Source of the DNA: Candidatus Poseidoniaceae archaeon
GTDB taxonomy: Archaea > Thermoplasmatota > Poseidoniia > Poseidoniales > Poseidoniaceae
Direction of reading: 5' to 3'
DNA: 32,000 nucleotides
Assembly (NCBI GenBank): GCA_943789275.1
Contig: CALSTM010000003.1
Span: 570,001-602,000 of the forward strand
A model generated the notes under the pieces. It did not search any database. It had not been told where the DNA came from and saw nothing but the letters and a program-made list of their open reading frames with translations. Shown in pieces: positions 24,101 through 26,921 of the stretch. How positions within the stretch are numbered: the first letter of the stretch is position 1; the number at the start of each line of letters is the position of its first letter. Made by a program: the position numbers and the translations under genes.

Positions 24101-26643
24101 ACGGCGATTCAATACTCGACGTCGATGATGCTTTCCCACTTGATGAAAACGAAACCGTTGATACCGATGGTGACGGAACCGGAGACAACGAAGACACTGA
24201 CGATGACGATGACGGATGGTCAGATACCAATGAAAGTGCATGTGGTACTGACGCTCTAAGTAACGCCAGCACTCCTGTAGACACCGATTCAGACCTCATA
24301 TGTGATTCATTGGATGAACTGTTGGACCTACCGTTCAACCTCACTTACCCATCAAACAACTTGACGCTTATGATTGGTGAGGAAATGACTCCACTGCTTC
24401 CAAACATCACCGGTGCTGGTGAAGTCGAAACTTGGGAACTCGAAGGTGAACTACCTGATGGTTTGGTCTTCGGATGGAGTCCTGCTCGTGATGCACAACT
24501 GGATGGAAGTATCCGAGGAACGCCTACAGTGGAATGGGACCTGACGACGTACACCATTTGGGGTAACAACTCAGGATACAGCCAATCGTACGTGGTAACT
24601 CTTGGAGTAGAGACACCTGAACTGACAACGGACTCGGACGATGATAGTAACGATTCAGACTCGAGTTCGATGTACGCTCTATGTTGCCTACCGCTTCTCC
24701 TGTTGCTCCTCCTTGTCTTCCTCCTTCGCCGAAAGAAGTCAGTTCTACTCGACGCAGAGCCAGAACACACAACTTCCAAGCCGAAGTGCAAGAGTGGTTC
24801 AGGTACTCGAGAAGACCCATTCGTGGTTACGCCACTGACCGATGTCACATCTGGATCTCTCGTCTTCAGTAAGGAAGCATTCACGACCAAGGAAGTGGAG
24901 CCTTCTGGAGCATACGATGCTGGAGACGAATACAACTCAGATAACGAAGGCCGATTCAAGGTTGTCAACCACCACATTGACGCTGATGAGTTGGAGGGTG
25001 AGGATGTTGGACTCACACGCCAACTCATTTCCGATGAAGACGGTGTACTCAAGTATCAACTGGCCTTTGATGACCGTGACGTTCCTTCCGATGCCTCGGA
25101 ATCTTACGAAACGCTGTTCAAGGTAGGAAATGGCTCTGTTTACTTCAAGTGGGCTGTTGAAATAGCAAGCGATAAGAAATCTAAGAACAAGTCGAAAAAG
25201 AAGGCTAAAGTTGCCGCTAAGGACGATGGAGAAACACTGGACAAGGCTCAAATTATTGCTGAGGCAACCGGTCGTTCAGTTGAGTCCATTGTTGAAGACT
25301 TGGAAGATGACGGTATAGTGAATCTATCAAATGAATCCAATGAACAGGCTGAAACCGACGCAAAATCTGCAAAGAAAGCCAAGGCAATGGCCGAAGCGGA
25401 TGCTAAGGCTGCTAAGGAAGCCAAGGCAAAGGCCGAAGCAGATGCCAAGGCTGCAAAGGATGCCAAGGCACAGGCCGAAGCCGATGCCAAGGCCGCCAAG
25501 GAGGTCAAGGCAAAAGCCGAAGCAGATGCCAAGGCCGCTAAGGATGCAGAAGCTAAGGCAAAAGCAGAAGCGGACGCTAAGGCTGCAAAGGAAGCCAAGG
25601 CACAGGCCGAAGCCGATGCCAAGGCTGCCAAGGAAGCTAAGGCAAAGGCAGAAGCCGATGCCAAGGCCGCTAAGGAAATCCAAGCTAAAGCAGAAGCTGA
25701 GGCTAAGGCCGCCAAGGATGCTAAAGCCAAAGCGGAAGCTGAAGCAAAGGCTGCCAAGGAAGCCAAAGCCAAGGCAGAAGCAGAGGCAAAGGCTGCGGCT
25801 GCGGCTGCTAAAAAGCAAGCAACAAAGAAACCTGTAACACAGGAAGTCAAGAAGCAGGAAGAATTGAAGCGAGTCAAATCTCGCGCAGATACCATTGACT
25901 TTAAGACTCTAGGAAAAGCCACAACTTCGACTTTGAAGACTGAAGTTAAGAAAGGTGCAACGACTTTGCAAGTATCTGATGCTTCCGAATTCGAAGATTC
26001 AGGTTCCGCTGCCATCACCGATGAAAGCGGTAGTTCAGTCATCTCATGGACCGGCAAGGACGGTAACGCTCTCACCGGTGTTAAAGGCGTAACTCGTGTC
26101 TTTGGTACAGCTACCGTGGTAATGGTCAAGGACGATCTCCAAGTCATCAAGGGTATTGGCCCATTCATTGAAGAAAAGCTCAATGCGCTCGGAATCTACA
26201 CTTACCTACAAGTCTCGAAGATGACCTCAAAACTTGAAACAGACGTCAACGAGGCCATCGAGTTCTTCCCTGGCCGTGTCAAGCGAGACCAATGGGTCAA
26301 CCAGGCGAAGATTTTGCTCGGTGAGGACGTGAAACTCGATGAGAAGGCACTCAAGCAAGCCGAAGACCTCGAACGAATCTCCAAGAAGGCTGAGTCAATT
26401 GACTTCGCTACGCTTGGTGTTGCAAGCGCTTCCGAGAAGGACTCGCTGCAGACAATCAAAGGGATTGGTCCGTTTATTGAAGAGAAGTTGAATGCGCTTG
26501 GTATTTACACCTTCGAACAAGTTGGAAACATGACGCCTGATATTGAAGAACAGGTCAACAAGGCCATCGAGTTCTTCCCAGGCCGTGTCAAGCGAGACCA
26601 ATGGGCGAAGCAGGCTCGTGAATTGCACAGTAACAAAAAGTGA
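6142..26643 (+). CDS. Giant (6,833 aa) type-I membrane surface protein B: signal peptide, 64 tandem He_PIG/cadherin-like Ig domains, TSP3 block, TM helix, long cytoplasmic tail with coiled-coil-like helix and 2 HhH modules
   Basis: Single frame-1 ORF from ATG 6142 to TGA 26641-26643. The N-terminus has a Lys-containing n-region plus hydrophobic SVILSLLMISMSLSAGIV. Positions 6454-23523 hold 64 units of 87-92 aa; units 7-60 are exactly 89 aa (267 bp). The unit core motif is FTLTK...M...TPT.SGG.V.SW..SP.LP.GL......TG.ISGTPT......YTVTATN.GG......TI.VND. Positions 23524-24335 are Asp-rich D.D.DG..D loops. Positions 24336-24610 are a divergent Ig-like domain. The TM helix at 24673-24726 is followed by RRKK. 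Confidence 0.9.
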   Translation: MHGADALLPLTLKANKTASNGSNSLKSVILSLLMISMSLSAGIVQSSPSHETLEKSSSELSLSTISDSVSSGLAELSSLLGLVEDQPAELEQSNADAMLTGGRSVPSVSYSPSTFNLVRNTAMSDQTPTSSGGTVTSWSISPTLPSGISISSSTGTISGTPTVISASTSYTVTATNGAGSDTATITISVTDALPVIVYSPNTFTEAVGTAMTSVTPTSYAGTVDSYSISPSLPPGLSLDTSTGTVSGTPTAVSSSTSYTVTATNSAGTDTASLTIVVNDVAPTSISYSPNTFTLTKGTLISTVTPTSSGGAVTSWTISPSLPAGLSLASSDGAISGTPTEVSSLQTYTVTGTNTGGSATAEITIQVNDVAPIIGYPTTSYTLVKGSAMSSPATPTSTGGTVVTWDVSPTLPSGLTISSSTGVISGTPTTVTSSAVYTVTATNTGGTDTATVTIQVNDVQPLIGYSPSSILLSKGTTMSPASPTLYGQGQVDSWSVSPSLPAGISLDSSTGIITGMPTTISPSATYTITATNTGGTDTATLTITVNDATPSIAFSTNSFTLTKGTAMTTTTPSSTGGAVVTWSISPSLSAGLSFDSSTGTLSGTPTVVSASTVYTITATNTGGSDSATVTIVVNDIAPSAIAYSPSSFTLTKDSAMTAATPTSSGGTVVSWAVSPSLPAGLLLDTSTGEISGTPTAVTSSATYTVTATNTGGDATTTVTIVVNDVIPSSVSYSDSPFTLTKDSLMTASTPTYSGGTVISWAVSPSLPAGLAFSTSTGEISGTPSAVTSSATYTITATNTGGDATTTVTIVVNDIIPSSVSYSGSPFTLTKDSLMTASTPTYSGGTVISWAVNPSLPAGLVLDTSTGEISGTPTAVTSSATYTITASNTGGSATTTVTIVVNDIIPSSVTYSPNSFTLTKDSSMTATTPTASGGPVVSWAVSPSLPAGIVIDSSTGEISGTPTAVTSSATYTITATNTGGSATTTVTIVVNDIIPSSVAYSPNSFTLTKDSSMTATTPTSSGGPVVTWTVSPTLPAGIVIDSSTGEISGTPTAVTSSATYTITATNTGGDATTTVTIVVNDIIPSSVSYSDSPFTLTKGTTMTASTPTSSGGTVISWAVSPSLPAGLAFSTSTGEISGTPSAVTSSATYTITATNTGGDATTTVTIVVNDVIPSSVSYSGSPFTLTKDSAMTAATPTSSGGTVVSWAVSPSLPSGLVIDSSTGVISGTPTAITASATYTITATNTGGDATTTVTIVVNDIIPSSVSYSGSPFTLTKGTTMTASTPTYSGGTVISWAVNPSLPAGLVLDTSTGEISGTPSAVTSSATYTITATNTGGDATTTVTIVVNDIIPSSVTYSPNSFTLTKDSSMTATTPTSSGGPVVSWAVSPSLPAGLVLDTSTGEISGTPTAVASSATYTITATNTGGDATTTVTIVVNDIIPSSVSYSDSPFTLTKGTTMTASTPTSSGGTVISWAVSPSLPAGLAFSTSTGEISGTPSAVTSSATYTITATNTGGDATTTVTIVVNDVIPSSVSYSGSPFTLTKDSAMTAATPTSSGGTVVSWAVSPSLPAGLVIDSSTGVISGTPTAVTSSATYTVTATNTGGSSTATVTIVVNDVIPSSVSYSDSPFTLTKDSLMTASTPTYSGGTVISWAVSPSLPAGLAFSTSTGEISGTPSAVTSSATYTITATNTGGDATTTVTIVVNDIIPSSVTYSPNSFTLTKDSVMSATTPTYNGGTVVSWAVNPSLPAGLAFSTSTGEISGTPTSVTSSATYTVTATNTGGSATTTVTIVVNDIIPSSVTYSPNSFTLTKDSVMSATTPTYNGGTVVSWAVNPSLPAGLAFSTSTGEISGTPTSVTSSATYTVTATNTGGSATTTVTIVVNDIIPSSVTYSPNSFTLTKDSVMSASTPTYNGGTVISWAVSPSLPAGLAFSTSTGEISGTPTAVTSSATYTVTATNTGGDATTTVTIVVNDIIPSSVAYSPNSFTLTKDSSMTATTPTASGGPVVTWTVSPTLPAGIVIDSSTGELSGTPTAVTSSATYTITATNTGGSATTTVTIVVNDIIPSSVSYSDSPFTLTKDSLMTASTPTYSGGTVISWAIDSTLPAGLAFSTSTGEISGTPSAVTSSATYTITATNTGGSATTTVTIVVNDIIPSSVAYSPNSFTLTKDSSMTATTPTASGGPVVTWTVSPTLPAGIVIDSSTGEISGTPTAVTSSATYTVTATNTGGSATTTVTIVVNDIIPSSVAYSPNSFTLTKDSSMTATTPTSSGGPVVSWAVSPSLPAGIVIDSSTGEISGTPTAVTSSATYTITATNTGGDATTTVTIVVNDVIPSSVSYSGSPFTLTKDSAMTAATPTSSGGTVVSWAVSPSLPAGLVIDSSTGVISGTPTAITASATYTITATNTGGDATTTVMIVVNDVAPSSITYSPSSLSLNKDLTMTAATPTSSGGAVVSWTISPTLPAGLSFDASTGTISGTPTTITSSAAYTVTATNTGGSATATITIVVNDAAPSSITYNPSSFTLTKGTAMTSVTPTSSGGTVTTWSVSPPLPSGISIDSSTGQISGTPTAVVSSAAYTVTATNAGGSDTATVTIVVNDVAPSSIFYSGNPFTLTKDSTMPSATPSSFGGTVISWSISPTLPAGLVIDASTGVISGTPTAVTSSATYTVTATNSGGSDSTTITVQVNDVIPSSVSYSGSPFTLTKDAAMAPAAPTASGGTVITWAVSPSLPAGLSLSTSTGVISGTPTAITSSATYTVTATNSGGSATATITVVVNDVIPSSITYSPSSFTLTKDSAMTAVTPSSNGGTVETWSVSPSLPAGLAFSTSTGEISGTPTAVTSSASYTVTATNTGGSATTTVTVVVNDIIPSSVAYSPSSFTLTKDSAMTTATPTSNGGTVISWAISPAVPAGLAFSTSTGAISGTPTEITASATYTVTATNTGGSATTTVVIVVNDVAPSSVFYSGSPFTLTKNSAMTSATPSAFGGTVVSWSVSPSLPAGLSFDTSSGTISGTPAAVTASATYTVTATNTGGSDSATITIQVNDVAPSSVSYSGSPFTLTKDTTMAPSAPTVSGGTVITWAVSPSLPAGLSLSTSTGVISGTPTAITASASYTVTATNTGGSTTATITVIVNDVAPSSVTYSPSSLTLTKDQAMSAATPTSSGGAVVTWAITPSLPTGLAFSTSTGTISGTPTALSSSATYTVTATNTGGSATATLTIEVNIAAPTSVTYSPSSFTLTKDVAMTTVTPTASGGTITSWSISPTLPAGLSFDTSNGAVSGTPTAVSSSATYTVTATNAGGSGTATLTFQVNDVAPSSIAYSPSSISLSKDSPMTAVTPTASGGAVVSWSISPTLPAGLSFDTSTGTISGTPTAITASAIYTVIATNSGGSASSTVTIVVNDAAPSSVSYSPSSFTLTINNAMTSVTPTASGGTVTSWTISPTLSSGLSFDTSTGTISGTPTAVSSSTVYTITATNAGGSGTATVTIQVNDVAPSGITYTPNSFTLAKDSAMTTVTPTSTGGTVVSWSVSPTLPAGLSLDTSTGAISGTPTAISSSATYTVTATNSGGSATATVTIQVTVAAPSSIAYSTSSFTLTKDVAITAVTPTSSGGTVSSWSISPTLPAGLAFSTTDGTVSGTPTAISALTSYTVTATNQGGSSTATLTVQVNDVAPSSIAYSPSFLTLTKDTPMVTATPTSSGGTVTSWSISATLPAGLSLDASTGGISGTPTATSSAVTYTVTATNTGGSSTTTVTILVNDAAPTSVSYSPSSSILTKGNAMTSVTPTSSGGTVTSWAITPSLPAGLSFSTSTGAIGGTPQAVSASTTYTVTASNAGGSDTTTVTIQVNDVAPYSVSYSGTPFTLTKGSAMTTATPSASGGAVDSWSVTPQLPAGLTLDTSTGTISGTPAAVTSSASYTVTATNTGGSSTASVTIVVNDVIPSSITYSGNPFTLTKGSLMTADTPTSSGGTVVSWSVSPTLPAGLSFDTSTGTISGTPNAITASATYTVTATNTGGSATATLTIIVNDAPPSSVAYSSSPFTLTKDVAMTTATPTSSGGSVDSWSITPTLPAGLSFDTSTGAISGTPTAITSSATYTVTATNEGGSATATVTIIVNDAAPSSLTYNPSSFNLAKGTAMTTVTPTSSGGAITSWTISSTLPAGLSFDTSTGAISGTPTAITAYASYTITASNTGGSDTATVTIIVNDAAPSSITYSGSPFSLTKGVAMTSATPTASGGAVTFWSISPTLPTGLSFDTSNGTISGTPADVSSSATYTVTATNAGGSDTASVSIQVNDIAPSSVAYSPSFLTLTKDTPMTTSTPTSSGGTVVSWSISPSLTAGLSIDSSTGAISGTPTVTSTATTYTVTATNSGGGATTTVTILVNDAAPSSVTYSPSSHTLTKDVAMTTVTPTASGGAVTSWTISPSLPAGLSIDSSTGAISGTPTAVTPTTIFTVSATNAGGTGTTTVTIQVNDVAPYAVSYTGTPFTLTKGSAMTTTTPTASGGAVDSWSITPALPSGLSMDTSTGALSGTPMVVISSTTYTITATNTGGSVSTTVTFVVNDVTPSSIAYSGNPFTLTKDIAMTASTPTSSGGDVVTWQVSPSLPTGLIFDTSTGEISGTPTVITSSAAYTVTATNTGGSATTTVTIVVNDAAPSSVAFSGNPFSLTKDVTMTTATPTASGGAITSWSVTPTLPAGLSFDTSTGAISGTPTAITSSAAYTVTAVNTGGSDSVTITIEVNDVIPSSITYNPTSFTLIKDSAMTSVTPTSSGGAVTSWTVSPSLPAGLSLDSSTGEISGTPTAITAYGTYTITASNTGGSATASVTILVNDAAPSSLAYSASPFTLTKGSAMTSATPTFSGGTPTFWAISPTLPAGLAFDTSTGTISGTPTAVSSSATYTLTATNAGGSDSTTFTLQVNDIPPSSVSYSQSFFSLANGTTMTDETPSTTGGTVTSWTISPALPAGLTLSATTGVISGTPTTTSSATTYTVTATNSGGGATTTFTLLVTVAPPSSVSYSPSSFTLTINNAMTTVTPTASGGEVTSWSITPTLPAGLSFDPSTGNISGTPTAVSPSTSYTVTATNQGGSDTATVTIQVNDVTPYSIVYSGTPFTLTKGTAMTSVTPTNSGGSVDTWSITPALPSGLSLDTSTGTLSGTPGVVSSSTTYTITAENTGGSSTVTVSIVINDVIPSAITYSGNPFTLTKDTAMTTSTPTASGGNVTGWSVTPELPAGLSFDTSTGAISGTPTAITSSASYTVTATNTGGSATTTVTVVVNDVIPSSLDYSGSPFALTVGTTMTANIPTSNGGAVTSWTVSPTLPAGLSLDSTTGEISGTPTAITSSATYTVTASNTGGSDSVAITLVVNDVTPSSVVYGGSPYVLTNNSIMTADTPTSSGGSVVSWTISPSLPAGLTLDSSTGEISGTPTELSSLSTYTVTATNTGGSATATVTIVVNDVVPTVSYSPDDLSMTNNTVSSDLPLAPTLTGAGEVVSWTISPALPNGLAFDTSTGVLSGTAMELLARTMFTINATNSGGTATTYVNITVVDSIPTVTYLPDDLSMTNDTASVDLPLAPTLTGAGEIVSWTISPALPNGLTFDTSTGVLSGTPIELFNRTMFTVNATNTGGTATAYINITVLDSVPIVEYVPSDIELLSNSSVVDIVPLSTGGAVLQWSITPELSPGLSFDTSTGRISGVPAEISNQTLYTITASNDDGSIMAYVNITVEDTVYDTTAGPIYMLDNTTINAIAPISTISGSQFEIHPALPQGLMFGESNGTIYGTPTEVIGLTNFTIYSNSSLFNDSFKVQLQVLADTDGDSMPDQLPENYNSTGGLVEDLDDDGDGFTDADEEDCLSASLDLNSVPLDLDGDNVCDALDDDIDGDGLPNSVEDNSGIFTSVNSTGTDPLNADTDGDGICDGPTAINGTCTLGPDAFPNDKSASIDTDGDGMPDELNGTSTSTPPLVEDTDDDDDSVLDVDDAFPLDENETVDTDGDGTGDNEDTDDDGDSILDVDDAFPLDENETVDTDGDGTGDNEDTDDDDDGWSDTNESACGTDALSNASTPVDTDSDLICDSLDELLDLPFNLTYPSNNLTLMIGEEMTPLLPNITGAGEVETWELEGELPDGLVFGWSPARDAQLDGSIRGTPTVEWDLTTYTIWGNNSGYSQSYVVTLGVETPELTTDSDDDSNDSDSSSMYALCCLPLLLLLLLVFLLRRKKSVLLDAEPEHTTSKPKCKSGSGTREDPFVVTPLTDVTSGSLVFSKEAFTTKEVEPSGAYDAGDEYNSDNEGRFKVVNHHIDADELEGEDVGLTRQLISDEDGVLKYQLAFDDRDVPSDASESYETLFKVGNGSVYFKWAVEIASDKKSKNKSKKKAKVAAKDDGETLDKAQIIAEATGRSVESIVEDLEDDGIVNLSNESNEQAETDAKSAKKAKAMAEADAKAAKEAKAKAEADAKAAKDAKAQAEADAKAAKEVKAKAEADAKAAKDAEAKAKAEADAKAAKEAKAQAEADAKAAKEAKAKAEADAKAAKEIQAKAEAEAKAAKDAKAKAEAEAKAAKEAKAKAEAEAKAAAAAAKKQATKKPVTQEVKKQEELKRVKSRADTIDFKTLGKATTSTLKTEVKKGATTLQVSDASEFEDSGSAAITDESGSSVISWTGKDGNALTGVKGVTRVFGTATVVMVKDDLQVIKGIGPFIEEKLNALGIYTYLQVSKMTSKLETDVNEAIEFFPGRVKRDQWVNQAKILLGEDVKLDEKALKQAEDLERISKKAESIDFATLGVASASEKDSLQTIKGIGPFIEEKLNALGIYTFEQVGNMTPDIEEQVNKAIEFFPGRVKRDQWAKQARELHSNKK
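8044..13383 (+). repeat. Homogenised core of the array (units 7-26): a few unit subtypes shuffled, ~99% DNA identity between copies
   Basis: 9313-9817 vs 10381-10885 (offset 1068 = 4 units) shows 3 mismatches in ~505 bp by eye. Units 19 and 20 differ at 2 of 267 positions. Confidence 0.85.
17122..22737 (+). repeat. Three copies of a 7-domain (1869-bp) super-repeat (units 41-47, 48-54, 55-61)
   Basis: Units 41/48/55, 42/49/56 and 43/50/57 resemble each other far more than their neighbours (e.g. VAPY.VSY.GTPFTLTKG.AMT recurs only every 7th unit). Shadow ORFs 17142 and 19011 are 1869 bp apart. Confidence 0.75.
23524..24335 (+). other. TSP3-like Asp-rich Ca-binding block of protein B
   Basis: DTDGDSMPD, DLDDDGDGFTD, DTDGDGICDG and similar loops. 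It includes an internal 105-bp tandem duplication (24001-24105 / 24106-24210). Confidence 0.75.
24673..24726 (+). other. Transmembrane helix of protein B
   Basis: YALCCLPLLLLLLLVFLL is preceded by the acidic DSDDDSNDSDSSS and followed by RRKK. The positive-inside rule places the C-terminal tail in the cytoplasm. Confidence 0.85.
25390..25815 (+). repeat. Ten tandem 14-residue (42-bp) units AEA[DE]AKAAK[ED]AKA[KQ] (one 16-residue unit)
   Basis: Unit boundaries checked at 25390 and 25564. Units differ at synonymous positions (gcc/gca/gct, aag/aaa). Confidence 0.85.
26131..26628 (+). other. Two tandem helix-hairpin-helix modules (COG3743/NuoE C-terminal-extension-like) of protein B
   Basis: Same motifs as 5571-6068. 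Each module is preceded by a short ...IDF..LG.A... element. Confidence 0.55.
26149..26613 (+). repeat. 465-bp tract 100% identical to 5589-6053 (copy 2)
   Basis: See copy 1. Confidence 0.95.
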
Positions 26644-26673
26644 TGCTCTCATTTCTGATTGTCATTTGGTGCG

Positions 26674-26678
26674 TTTTT
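26674..26678 (+). terminator. Oligo-T tract 31 nt after the gene B stop (possible archaeal-type terminator); a second T5 lies at 26753-26757
   Basis: GCGTTTTTGA directly downstream of TGA 26641-26643. Archaeal RNA polymerase commonly terminates at T runs. There is no strong hairpin. Confidence 0.3.
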
Positions 26679-26921
26679 GAGCCAACGGTGCATCGACTCA
26701 AGAAAAAATCTGACGTCGCGGGAATGGAAAACCAGTTCTCCAGAACGGTGGGTTTTTGACACCTCACTACGGCAGTTCCTTAGAAAGGTTCTATTCTTTC
26801 CGACGTCAGCAAACATCATGGGCGTCGTGTTAAACGAGCGTAATGGCTGCATTTGGCGATTGGATGTTGGTCTTGTTCAGATGGTCGAGACTGATGTTTC
26901 TTTTGAAGGAAGGTGATATGT

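Noticed and set aside
23568-26183. Long minus-strand ORFs 23568..24344, 24345..25052, 25248..26183, and similarly 4893..5582 in gene A
   Set aside because: They are antisense to Asp-rich and Ala/Lys-rich coding sequence. The translations are S-rich or A/L/S low-complexity, while the sense frame has clear paralogue conservation.
26649-26916. Small ORFs in the B-regulator intergenic region (26659..26916 +, 26649..26852 -)
   Set aside because: They overlap each other, show no recognisable motifs or periodic codon signal, and the region contains oligo-T tracts. They are more likely untranslated spacer.
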